This document shows, one piece after another, positions 43,427 to 51,850 of a stretch of 64,000 nt of DNA. Position numbers and translations under genes: made by a program. The notes under the pieces were generated by a model. The model was not told where the DNA came from. It saw nothing but the letters and a program-made list of their open reading frames with translations, and ran no database searches. This DNA is from Micrococcales bacterium (GTDB lineage Bacteria; Actinomycetota; Actinomycetes; Actinomycetales; Microbacteriaceae): positions 27,845 to 91,844 of the forward strand of contig CANGIU010000003.1 in the NCBI GenBank assembly GCA_947454255.1. The letters run 5' to 3'. The first letter of the stretch is position 1, and each line of letters starts with the position of its first letter.

Positions 43427-44496
43427 TGAAGGTTTTGCATTTTGATGCAAGATTCATTCGACTCGATCACCATGATGGAATCAGTCGGTTCTCCGTTGAG
43501 TTGATTAAATCTCTTGCGAAAAAAGTGAAAGTTGTAGCAATAATCTACGATCTGCGGCAGCTTGAGCATCTTCCTATGGACATAGAGTTTGTTGTTCTAA
43601 ACAACACTCAATCACCTGCAGAGCTGTTCATAGCTAGCAAACTGAACAAGCTTGGCGCTACTCATGTATTCTCGCCAATGCAAATAATGGGAACGGCAGG
43701 TAGGAAATACAAGCTGATCCTTACTCTTCATGACTTGATCTACTACCGACACAGAAAGCCTCCGCAAGATCTCAATTTCTTTGTTCAACTGATATGGCGC
43801 ACATATCACCTTTCTTACCTTCCTCAGCGACTGCTCTTAAACAGGGCAGACGCAATTGCCACCGTATCTAAGACCACTAAGAAACTTATTGAGGAATACA
43901 ACCTAACCAAGCGTGAAGTTGGTGTCGTCTATAACGCTGCTCCTGGAAAACCAGCATCCAGTGCGCGAGTAATGCCAACTTCTAAGAAACTGCTTTACAT
44001 TGGCTCGTTCATGCCATACAAGAATGTTGAAACCCTCGTGAAAGCCTTAGGACTGCTTCCTGAGTATGAACTTCAATTGCTAAGCAAGATTGATGATTCT
44101 AGAAGGTTAGTGCTTTCTCAATTGGCAGAGAGAGTTCAAGCGAAGATTGTTTTTCATTCAGGAGTCAGTGATGAAGAATACACCGCTCTGCTACAGGAAG
44201 CGTTCGCATTGGTTTCTGCCAGCAAAGATGAGGGTTTTGGTATTCCCTTGGTTGAAGCGATGCAGCAGGGGACACCGGTAGTCGTCTCTGATCTAGAGAT
44301 ATTCAACGAAGTTGCGGGAAAAGCAGGCAAATACTTCTCGACCGATAATCCAGTGGATTTCGCCAAAAGAATTAGTGAACTCGAAGACAAGAGCATCTGG
44401 ACAGAAACCTCAAGACTTTCGATTATTCAAGCAAAGCAATTCAACTGGGATTCCTCAGCCGAATTTCTACTAGAGCTATTTAGAAAGCTCGGATAG
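43426..44496 (+). CDS. Glycosyltransferase, GT4 family
   Basis: C-terminal GT-B motif EGFGIPLVEAMQQGTPVV. 356 aa. TAATG coupling to the hydrolase gene. Confidence 0.8.
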   Translation: MKVLHFDARFIRLDHHDGISRFSVELIKSLAKKVKVVAIIYDLRQLEHLPMDIEFVVLNNTQSPAELFIASKLNKLGATHVFSPMQIMGTAGRKYKLILTLHDLIYYRHRKPPQDLNFFVQLIWRTYHLSYLPQRLLLNRADAIATVSKTTKKLIEEYNLTKREVGVVYNAAPGKPASSARVMPTSKKLLYIGSFMPYKNVETLVKALGLLPEYELQLLSKIDDSRRLVLSQLAERVQAKIVFHSGVSDEEYTALLQEAFALVSASKDEGFGIPLVEAMQQGTPVVVSDLEIFNEVAGKAGKYFSTDNPVDFAKRISELEDKSIWTETSRLSIIQAKQFNWDSSAEFLLELFRKLG

Positions 44497-45063
44497 AGAA
44501 ATCGGGTTGTAGTCGAATACCGTCCAGATACCATCTAGATGGGTAAAGGTATTTAACGAAACGTTGCCTAGACGGTCCCCATCCAGCGGATATTTGTCTT
44601 CGCTGATTATTCTCATGAGTTTTCTAATGAGCGCTCCATGAGACACAGCGAGAATTCTCTTTCCATCGTAAACATTGGCTAGTTGGCTCAATAGATTAAC
44701 ACTTCTGACTTTAAGATCTTCAAGGGCTTCTAGGCCTGGAATATCGGAATGTGATTCATAGAGTTTCCTCCACTCACTGTGACTCATTCCTTCAGCGACT
44801 CCGAAAGACCTCTCGATAAGTTCCGGAATTATGACTACCTCTAACCCAAGTGCGGTCGCAACAATCTTGGCAGTTTCATGAGCTCTGGACAGAGGAGAAG
44901 AGAGAATCAAGTCCCAATCAGTTCCAAGCAAGTGCTCAGCTGCTAGCTGCGCCTGCTTGATTCCAGTTTGATTCAATGGAATATCACTTGAGCCTTGGAG
45001 ACGTAAGTCAATGTTCCAGTCAGTTTGTCCATGGCGGAGTAAACCAAGATGAGTCTCAGTCAA
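44476..45063 (-). CDS. Histidine phosphatase family protein (phosphoglycerate mutase-like)
   Basis: LLRHGQTDWN catalytic motif and a second His in SHGALIR. 195 aa. Confidence 0.8.
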   Translation of the reverse strand: MTETHLGLLRHGQTDWNIDLRLQGSSDIPLNQTGIKQAQLAAEHLLGTDWDLILSSPLSRAHETAKIVATALGLEVVIIPELIERSFGVAEGMSHSEWRKLYESHSDIPGLEALEDLKVRSVNLLSQLANVYDGKRILAVSHGALIRKLMRIISEDKYPLDGDRLGNVSLNTFTHLDGIWTVFDYNPISLSELSK

Positions 45064-45907
45064 TGAGTAGCCTTTCTAAAGCAAGTGAGGTGTTAGCTTC
45101 TATCTTGGCAATTGCCAATTCGTCAGCCCTAGTCGGACCGATGTTCACAATGACAATAGGTTTAGATGATTTGGCTGCCTGCTTCACGAAACGATAACCA
45201 GAGTTCACAGTAAGTGATGAACCGGCTACCAGAATTGCATCGCTGTCAGCTAACTGACTTAGCGCTAATTCAACTCTTTCTGTTGGCACAGATTCTCCGA
45301 AGAAGACAACATCTGGTTTCAATACACCAGAACACTTTTGGCAATTCGGAACTTTGAAGTCTTGAGTTCCTTCAATCTCTGCGTCACCATCCGGAGTAAA
45401 TTCGACATTTGTGTCTTTTGAGATGCTTGGATTGAGTTCTTTCAGCAATCCATCCATATCGATGCGCGAAATAGCATTTCGACAGCCCAGGCATATGACT
45501 CGGTCTAGGCGACCGTGGAGATCAATTACTGATTTACTTCCCGCATCCTGATGTAATCCATCCACATTTTGAGTAACTAGAAACTTTAGAGTTCCTTCAG
45601 ACTCAGCAGTTGCGAGAGCGAAGTGACCAGCGTTTGGTTTTGCTTGGGAAATTCTCGACCAACCAACATAGCTTCTAGCCCAGTAACGCTGCTGAGCGGC
45701 GAAAGAGCCCATGAAGATGTCATAGGTCATCGGATGCCTAGCAACTCTTCCTTGACCACGGTAATCAGGAATTCCAGAGTCCGTGCTGATTCCAGCTCCA
45801 GTCATCACGAACAACTTCTTTCCAGCCAAGATACGTCTAGCGGCCTCGAGAGAATATGAAGCCGCGTCAGTTAACTCGATTGGGTTTGAAGGATCGGAAT
45901 GTGGCAT
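45056..45907 (-). CDS. cobB: NAD-dependent protein deacylase (sirtuin)
   Basis: GAGISTDSGIPDYRG, QNVDGLH and a zinc-ribbon pair CLGC...CQKC. 283 aa. Confidence 0.9.
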   Translation of the reverse strand: MPHSDPSNPIELTDAASYSLEAARRILAGKKLFVMTGAGISTDSGIPDYRGQGRVARHPMTYDIFMGSFAAQQRYWARSYVGWSRISQAKPNAGHFALATAESEGTLKFLVTQNVDGLHQDAGSKSVIDLHGRLDRVICLGCRNAISRIDMDGLLKELNPSISKDTNVEFTPDGDAEIEGTQDFKVPNCQKCSGVLKPDVVFFGESVPTERVELALSQLADSDAILVAGSSLTVNSGYRFVKQAAKSSKPIVIVNIGPTRADELAIAKIEANTSLALERLLID

Positions 45908-45941
45908 TGCCTAAAGTCTAACTTTTTAGGGTTATCAAAAA

Positions 45942-45976
45942 GTTATAGCCCCGACTTTGGTAAGTCGGGGCTATAA
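45942..45976 (-). terminator. Intrinsic terminator downstream of tRNA-Leu
   Basis: Perfect 15-bp stem TTATAGCCCCGACTT / AAGTCGGGGCTATAA with a 5-nt loop. On the minus strand it is followed by CTTTTTG. Confidence 0.8.
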
Positions 45977-45997
45977 AGGTAGCTGTCTCAAACTACG

Positions 45998-46078
45998 TGT
46001 CCGAGAGGGGACTTGAACCCCTACCCTCGAAAGGACTAACACCTCAAGCTAGCGCGTCTACCATTCCGCCACCCGGAC
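45998..46078 (-). tRNA. tRNA-Leu, anticodon GAG
   Basis: Hand-folded from the reverse complement GTCCGGGTGGCGGAATGGTAGACGCGCTAGCTTGAGGTGTTAG...GGGGTTCAAGTCCCCTCTCGGACA. It has a 7-bp acceptor stem (one G-U), anticodon stem CTAGC/GTTAG with loop TTGAGGT, a long variable arm, T-loop TTCAAGT and discriminator A. CCA is not encoded. Confidence 0.9.
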
Positions 46079-46183
46079 TGATGGATATTTTGAGCAACAG
46101 TTCTAAATGTTACTACTAAAGACTGAAATCTGAATTTGGTCTAGCCTCTGCCATTTTTCGGGAAGTAAGGGTAGTTTTGGCAT

Positions 46184-46399
46184 ATGCCGAACGCTAGAAA
46201 TGAACTAAGTAAGTTTGTAGCAGCTCTCGAAAGACACTACGAGGCTGCTTCATCAGGCCGAGGGGCAGACGATCCTGCAGTTGTTTCTGCCTATGAGCAC
46301 CTAAAAACCGCATTCTTAGATTACGAAGAAGCCCTCTCAGACGAGTTTGAAGAGATTCTCCCCATGGAGCTAGTCGAAGAAGACGAAGACTGGTCATGA
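46184..46399 (+). CDS. Small acidic hypothetical protein, translationally coupled to uppP
   Basis: 71 aa with a predicted helical, strongly acidic C-terminus (EEILPMELVEEDEDWS). ATGA overlap with uppP. I recognise no motif. Confidence 0.5.
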   Translation: MPNARNELSKFVAALERHYEAASSGRGADDPAVVSAYEHLKTAFLDYEEALSDEFEEILPMELVEEDEDWS

Positions 46400-47235
46400 A
46401 CCTAATCCAAGCCATTGTGCTTGGAATTGTCCAAGGACTGACCGAGTTCCTGCCAATTTCATCCAGCGCTCATGTACAAATCGTTTCTGAACTTCTTAAA
46501 GTTCCAGGTATTTCTGACAAGAATTCGGCAACAACCGCGTTTGTTGCGACCATCCAGCTAGGCACCGAAGCAGCGGTGTTGCTTTACTTTGCGAAGGACA
46601 TCTGGCGACTACTTTCGGCATTCTTCAAAGGGTTATTTAGTTCAGCAATTAGGAAGACCCAAGATTTCAAAATGGCGAGCTATGTCATCATTGGCTCAAT
46701 TCCAGTTGGAATTGTCGGCTATGGCTTCAGGCACTTCATCGAAGAAACAGTTAGAACACTTTGGGTTATTAGCGTTACCTTGATTGTTTTTGGTTTCGTA
46801 TTGTTAATCGCAGATCGGGTTGGCTCAAAGACTCGTGAAATCAAAGAACTGAATGCTAAAACAGCAATAGGTTTTGGTCTTGGCCAGATGCTATCTGTTA
46901 TCCCTGGTGTGTCTAGGTCTGGAGCAAGCATCAGCTTTGGTTTATTCGCAGGGTTTACTAGAGCTAGTGCAGCTAGATTCAGCTTCTTGATCGGAATACC
47001 TGCTGTGTTGGTTAGCGGCTTGATTGAGTTCAAAGATAGCTACCAAAATCTAGATAGCGACCTTATGGTAGGCACAGTTGTTGCAACAATAACTTCATTC
47101 ATTGTTGGCTACCTGGTAATTGCAGGGCTATTGAAATATCTCAACAAAGGCTCATTCTTACCATTTGTCATTTGGAGAATTTTGGTTGGTGTGGCTCTGC
47201 TTATCTTGCTCAGCCTTGGATTGATCGCAGCCTAA
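46396..47235 (+). CDS. uppP: Undecaprenyl-diphosphate phosphatase
   Basis: GLTEFLPISSSAH N-terminal motif and PGVSRSGASI motif. 8-TM-type protein of 279 aa. Confidence 0.92.
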   Translation: MNLIQAIVLGIVQGLTEFLPISSSAHVQIVSELLKVPGISDKNSATTAFVATIQLGTEAAVLLYFAKDIWRLLSAFFKGLFSSAIRKTQDFKMASYVIIGSIPVGIVGYGFRHFIEETVRTLWVISVTLIVFGFVLLIADRVGSKTREIKELNAKTAIGFGLGQMLSVIPGVSRSGASISFGLFAGFTRASAARFSFLIGIPAVLVSGLIEFKDSYQNLDSDLMVGTVVATITSFIVGYLVIAGLLKYLNKGSFLPFVIWRILVGVALLILLSLGLIAA

Positions 47236-48116
47236 CTTTCGTTAGCGCCATTCTCACCTTCGTTTTGACGTAAGAATTTTTCAAACTCTAAAGCAAGTTG
47301 ATCAGTATTAAGCTCTTCCGCTTCCGACTCATCGCGGGCTTTCTCAAGACCTGTGATGTAGTTTTGCAGATCTTCATCGCCTTCAACAAAATCATCAACT
47401 GATCTTTCCCACTCGAACGCAGAATCCAGTAGTGGCTTATGGTCAACATTGAAACTGAGCATAATTTCCAAGTCATTTACCAACGCCAATGTTGCCTTTG
47501 GAGATGGCATAGATGCAACGTAGTGGGGGACTTGTGCCCAGATTGAAATTGTCGGAAGGCCAGCTTTTTCAAAAGCATGACCTAATACAGAAAGGAATCC
47601 AGCTCTACCGTCATAGTTGCTCCGCTCAATTCCATAGAAGTTACGAACTGAAGCGGTTTGGCTATTTTTATATATTCTGATTGGCCTAGTGTGCGGAGTT
47701 TCTGACGCTAGAGAACCAAGCATGATCACTGAGGTGATTTCTCTGTCTTCAACTAGCTCGAGAATTTCATCCCGAAGATACTGCCACTGCAGAGCAGGCT
47801 CTTGACCAATTAGAAAGTAAAGGCTCAAATTTGAATTAGAAATTCCAGGCTGATTTGATGGCCCCCAAAGCTCAATACTCGGCCAAGCAAAATCGCGTTC
47901 ACCATGTTCGTCCAGCACGATTAGAGGGCGTTGTCTCGAATAATCAAAGAAATCTTGATCGTCAATGGCGATGAGTTGTTCACATTGGAGGCGTTCACGA
48001 AGGTAGCTGGCGGCTGAACTGGCAGATGCACCAGCATCAGTCCAGCCTTCCAGTGCAACAACTAGCACTCGGCCACTAAATGGGTTTTGGTTTTCGTTCA
48101 ATTTCCACCATTTCAA
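47232..48116 (-). CDS. PAC2-family protein (proteasome assembly chaperone-like)
   Basis: About 294 aa. N-terminal VVALEGWTDAGASASSAASYL and overall resemblance to actinobacterial PAC2-family proteins. Acidic C-terminal tail. Confidence 0.7.
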   Translation of the reverse strand: MKWWKLNENQNPFSGRVLVVALEGWTDAGASASSAASYLRERLQCEQLIAIDDQDFFDYSRQRPLIVLDEHGERDFAWPSIELWGPSNQPGISNSNLSLYFLIGQEPALQWQYLRDEILELVEDREITSVIMLGSLASETPHTRPIRIYKNSQTASVRNFYGIERSNYDGRAGFLSVLGHAFEKAGLPTISIWAQVPHYVASMPSPKATLALVNDLEIMLSFNVDHKPLLDSAFEWERSVDDFVEGDEDLQNYITGLEKARDESEAEELNTDQLALEFEKFLRQNEGENGANES

Positions 48117-48171
48117 GGTTTAGCTTCAGTTAGAACTCTATTTCATATAGCGCGGTTAGACTTTTCGCATA

Positions 48172-48831
48172 ATGTTTGGCTCTAAACCCTCTTTCGCTGT
48201 CCTATTTGATATGGATGGAACGCTCATAGACTCTGAGCCATATTGGCTAGCTAGCGAACAGGCTCTTGCCGCAGAGCACGACGGAAACTGGACTCATGAA
48301 GATGGCTTGTCAGTTGTGGGCATGAGCCTTGACGACTCATCCAGGGTCTTCAAGGACAAGGCAAGCGTCAACCTTGAACCAAGTGAAATCGTCGCTAGGC
48401 TCACCGCGGATGTGCAGAGCCAATTGGAGAAGGTCATTCCATGGCGACCAGGTGCAAAAGAACTGTTGTTGGATCTGCGCAAACATGGAGTAAAGACAGC
48501 GCTGGTAACCATGTCTCTTCGCAGGATGGCTCAGCAAGTTGTAGATGCCATCGAATTCGATGCTTTTGATGTCATAGTCGCTGGCGATGATGTTCTCCGC
48601 GGAAAGCCCCACCCAGAGCCTTATTTGAAAGCCGCGGAACTACTGGGCCTGAAACCTGAACAATGCATTGCCTTCGAGGATTCAATCTCTGGAATCACAT
48701 CTGCAGAAGCTGCCGGAACTATCGCCATTGGCATTCCCAACTTTGTGCCAATCCCAGAACAAGAGGGCAGAATCCTGTGGGAGAGCTTCCAAGGCGTTAC
48801 ATACAAAACTCTTAGAAAGTTCGTGAAATGA
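48172..48831 (+). CDS. HAD-superfamily hydrolase (beta-phosphoglucomutase-like subfamily)
   Basis: Motif I FDMDGTLIDSE, motif II VTMS and motif IV FEDSISGITSAEAAG. Confidence 0.8.
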   Translation: MFGSKPSFAVLFDMDGTLIDSEPYWLASEQALAAEHDGNWTHEDGLSVVGMSLDDSSRVFKDKASVNLEPSEIVARLTADVQSQLEKVIPWRPGAKELLLDLRKHGVKTALVTMSLRRMAQQVVDAIEFDAFDVIVAGDDVLRGKPHPEPYLKAAELLGLKPEQCIAFEDSISGITSAEAAGTIAIGIPNFVPIPEQEGRILWESFQGVTYKTLRKFVK

Positions 48832-49817
48832 AAACTGTGTTCCGTGGTCCATTTGTGGCAGGAGAGAGGGTTCAACTAACTGGGCCTAAAGGCAGATTGA
48901 ATACCATCACTCTTAGAGCGGGAGCAGTTTTTGGTACCCACCGAGGAGACATCAAACACGATGACATCATTGGGAAACCAGATGGCTCTGTCATATCTAA
49001 CCTCGCAGGAGTCGAGTACTTAGCGTTAAGGCCTTTGCTTAACGACTTTGTTTTATCGATGCCAAGAGGTGCTGCAATCGTTTATCCAAAGGATGCAGCC
49101 AGCATCGTGACGATGGGGGATATTTTCCCTGGAGCTCGAGTTGTTGAGGCAGGTGTTGGGTCTGGTGCACTCAGCATGTATTTACTTAGAGCAATTGGTG
49201 ATTCAGGTGCACTGACATCTTTTGAGAGACGATCAGAGTTTGCTGACATTGCCAAAGCCAACGTCGAGACACAGTTTGGCTTTGTTCCCGATAATTGGGA
49301 AATCAAAATAGGAAGTTTGCAGGACGAACTTGGCGAGGTCGTCAAGCCTGGCTCTATCGATCGAGTTGTACTGGACATGCTGGCTCCATGGGAGTGCATT
49401 GACGCTGTTTCTGAAGCACTTTCACCTGGGGGAGTCTTGATCTGCTACGTGGCTACTGTGACTCAGCTGTCTAGGGTTGCAGAAGAGATTAAAACTACCG
49501 GGAACTACGCTGACCCAGAAGCGTTCGAATCGCTTGTCAGAGGTTGGCATCTTCAAGGCCTAGCGGTTCGTCCAGAACACCGAATGGGAGGCCACACAGG
49601 TTTTCTGCTAACTGCTAGACGTCTGGCACCAGGGACTGTTCTGCCTAGTTTCAGTAGAAGAGCGAAGCCAGAATTTGCTGATGAAGATCTTGCGGTTTGG
49701 AATCCAGAGCATCTTGGTGAACGTTCGGTAAGCGATAAGCGTCTGCGCAAATCCGTTCGTTCAGCCCAGAGCGCTGCTAGCTCAAAAAGTCAGGCTTTGG
49801 ACAACTCCGAAGAGTAA
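48828..49817 (+). CDS. trmI: tRNA (adenine58-N1)-methyltransferase
   Basis: SAM-binding VVEAGVGSGALS, with a TrmI-type N-terminal domain and a C-terminal HTGFL motif. ATGA overlap with the HAD gene. Confidence 0.85.
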   Translation: MKTVFRGPFVAGERVQLTGPKGRLNTITLRAGAVFGTHRGDIKHDDIIGKPDGSVISNLAGVEYLALRPLLNDFVLSMPRGAAIVYPKDAASIVTMGDIFPGARVVEAGVGSGALSMYLLRAIGDSGALTSFERRSEFADIAKANVETQFGFVPDNWEIKIGSLQDELGEVVKPGSIDRVVLDMLAPWECIDAVSEALSPGGVLICYVATVTQLSRVAEEIKTTGNYADPEAFESLVRGWHLQGLAVRPEHRMGGHTGFLLTARRLAPGTVLPSFSRRAKPEFADEDLAVWNPEHLGERSVSDKRLRKSVRSAQSAASSKSQALDNSEE

Positions 49818-49849
49818 ACTTATCGCAACCTTTAGAAAGTAGATTTTAA

Positions 49850-50830
49850 GTGTCTAAAATCAAGTCGGCAATCGCCCTAACAGCTGCCTCAGTCTTACTG
49901 CTAGCAGGATGTGCATCCAATTCAAACCCAGCAACTAAGGCATTTGAAGGACTTACTCCAACTTGTGAACACTACAAAGGTGGAGCTGAAATTGATCAGG
50001 TTAAAGTTACGGCAACCGATGGCGCAGCCCCAACCGTAAATTTCCCTACAAAGGCTGATGGCACATCGGAGCTAGCCAACATCAAGACGTCCCAAACCAA
50101 GGTAATAAAAGAAGGAACTGGTCCAGAGTTCACTGGAAACCAGTTGGTAACGATCGAATACTTGGTAATCAACTCATCTACTGGCGCTATTTTGGCTAAT
50201 AGCAAATTTGATGGAACAGCAGCCGCCTCTCAATTATTTGATTCAACAAGCACGAAGATCTTCTGTGATGATTTGACTGGGGTCAAAGAAGGAAGTCTTG
50301 TTGCATTTGCTAATCCAAAGTCAGATCAGGATGCAAACGGCACTCTTTATGTTCTTTTGCTTAAGAAAATTTACCTTCCACACGCAAATGGAGAAGTTCA
50401 GGGCCTACCTAGCGGTTTGCCTTCAGTTGTGCGTGCACCTAAGACTGGTCAACCAGGTCTAGTTAAGCCGAGTTTCTCTGCGCCTAAAGATCTGCAAAAA
50501 GCGGTCTTAATCAAGGGTCGTGGAGATGTTGTTAAAGTTGGCGACTCTGTAACGGTGCACTACGTGGGCTGGGTATGGGGTTCCGAGATAGGGGCCGCTT
50601 TTGATTCTTCATGGGATTCAGGAAATGGACCTGCTACCTTCACGCTTAAAACTGGTGATGGTGGTTTGATTTCAGGATTCGTTAAAGGTATTGAAGGTGA
50701 GACTGTTGGTTCACAAATAATCGTCTCTATGCCACCTGCCGATGGTTATGGCGAAAAGGGTAACGGCACTTCGATTCCGGCTAACGCAACTTTACTTTTC
50801 GTGATTGACATCCTAGGTATCAATAAGTAA
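49850..50830 (+). CDS. FKBP-type peptidyl-prolyl isomerase lipoprotein (tandem FKBP-like domains)
   Basis: GTG start. Signal peptide with lipobox LLAGC. The C-terminal canonical FKBP domain reads VTVHYVGWVW...FDSSWD...GFVKGIEGETVGSQ...PPADGYG. A degenerate FKBP-like unit lies N-terminal to it. Confidence 0.85.
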   Translation: MSKIKSAIALTAASVLLLAGCASNSNPATKAFEGLTPTCEHYKGGAEIDQVKVTATDGAAPTVNFPTKADGTSELANIKTSQTKVIKEGTGPEFTGNQLVTIEYLVINSSTGAILANSKFDGTAAASQLFDSTSTKIFCDDLTGVKEGSLVAFANPKSDQDANGTLYVLLLKKIYLPHANGEVQGLPSGLPSVVRAPKTGQPGLVKPSFSAPKDLQKAVLIKGRGDVVKVGDSVTVHYVGWVWGSEIGAAFDSSWDSGNGPATFTLKTGDGGLISGFVKGIEGETVGSQIIVSMPPADGYGEKGNGTSIPANATLLFVIDILGINK

Positions 50831-50845
50831 CAGCGGTTAGGTCTG

Positions 50846-51850
50846 ATGAGCGATAAGAAAGTAAGCGCAATTAAAATCTCCAAACCTGAACGGTTGTTTA
50901 ATCTAACCTGCGCTCTTCTTTACACAACTCAAGGTCTCACCAAGAACGAAATTTTGCGCTCAGTACCGGGATATGAAGGCGAATATTCTGAAGGCGGAGA
51001 CAACTCTTCACTGGAAAGAAAATTTGAAAGAGACAAAGCCAGCCTCCTTCACAATGGAATTCAACTTGAAGTAACTATTCCGGCTCATGAAGATGAAAAT
51101 AATCAAGTAACTGTCTATTCAATAAAGCGTGAAAGCTTCTATTGGCCAAAGAACGTTAAGTTCACTCCTCGCCAAATGGCGTTGCTGAATCTGGCTGCTG
51201 AAGCCTGGGTCGGTGGATCGCTTTCTACCGCGGCCAGTCGGGGAATAACTAAATTACGGGCAATGGGAGCAATTGGCGAAGATTCAGACATCGTGGGTAT
51301 CGCACCTCGAATCCAAGCCTCTGATCCGTCTTTTAGAGATCTTAATAACGCAATATCTGACCATCAAGTAGTTAACTTCGACTATCGCAACCCTAAGACT
51401 GGGGAGATTCTGACCAGAACATTGCAGCCATGGATATTGCAGAAGGTTGCGGGCCAGTGGTTGGTAATGGGGTTTGACGAGCTTCGTGATCTCCCAAGAA
51501 ACTTCATGCTGCGGCGAATAGTCAGCAAAGTAACAACGGCTAAGCCAGCTAGAACCTTCACTCCACCAAGTCTCGAACAAATAGCCGCGACGGTTGCGGA
51601 ATTGGATGCATTGGCAGAGAAACAGGTAGCAAAGATCCAAGTGAACCGTGATTCTGAGGCATGGTTCAGGTATGAACTTGATTTGCAAGGTAACGGTTCT
51701 TCAAATGAGGTGAGCATTCACTATCACGACATCTATGTGCTTGCTGAACAGCTTCGAGAGTACGCAGGTGAGATTACAGTTCTCAAGCCAGAAGCGCTGA
51801 TTCAGCTTGTTCGCGCTGGTTTTGAAAAGGTGGCAAATGACCATGTCTGA
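50846..51850 (+). CDS. pafB: HTH/WYL-domain transcriptional regulator PafB
   Basis: N-terminal ERLFNLTCALLYT...LTKNEIL...ERKFERDKASLLHNGIQLE pattern typical of PafB/PafC. 334 aa, followed by a paralogous gene. Confidence 0.78.
   Translation: MSDKKVSAIKISKPERLFNLTCALLYTTQGLTKNEILRSVPGYEGEYSEGGDNSSLERKFERDKASLLHNGIQLEVTIPAHEDENNQVTVYSIKRESFYWPKNVKFTPRQMALLNLAAEAWVGGSLSTAASRGITKLRAMGAIGEDSDIVGIAPRIQASDPSFRDLNNAISDHQVVNFDYRNPKTGEILTRTLQPWILQKVAGQWLVMGFDELRDLPRNFMLRRIVSKVTTAKPARTFTPPSLEQIAATVAELDALAEKQVAKIQVNRDSEAWFRYELDLQGNGSSNEVSIHYHDIYVLAEQLREYAGEITVLKPEALIQLVRAGFEKVANDHV

Noticed and set aside
41703-44496. The DEDDh exonuclease plus alpha/beta hydrolase plus glycosyltransferase as a possible accessory or defence island.
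   Set aside because: I saw no integrase, no obvious flanking repeats and no change in composition. The genes are tightly integrated with core neighbours and carry ordinary housekeeping-type motifs.
45056-45907. A SIR2-domain protein as a possible anti-phage defence component (Thoeris ThsA, DSR or SIR2-HerA type).
   Set aside because: It is a compact 283-aa canonical sirtuin with the GAGISTDSGIPDYRG and QNVDGLH motifs and a CxxC...CxxC zinc ribbon. It has no extra effector or sensor domains and no HerA, TIR or SLOG partner. Its neighbours are housekeeping genes.
45908-46183. tRNA-Leu as an integration hotspot flanked by a genomic island.
   Set aside because: Both flanks (cobB operon, uppP) are conserved housekeeping genes. 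There is no integrase, and I noticed no duplicated tRNA 3' segment nearby. I cannot exhaustively search for a distant attR by eye.
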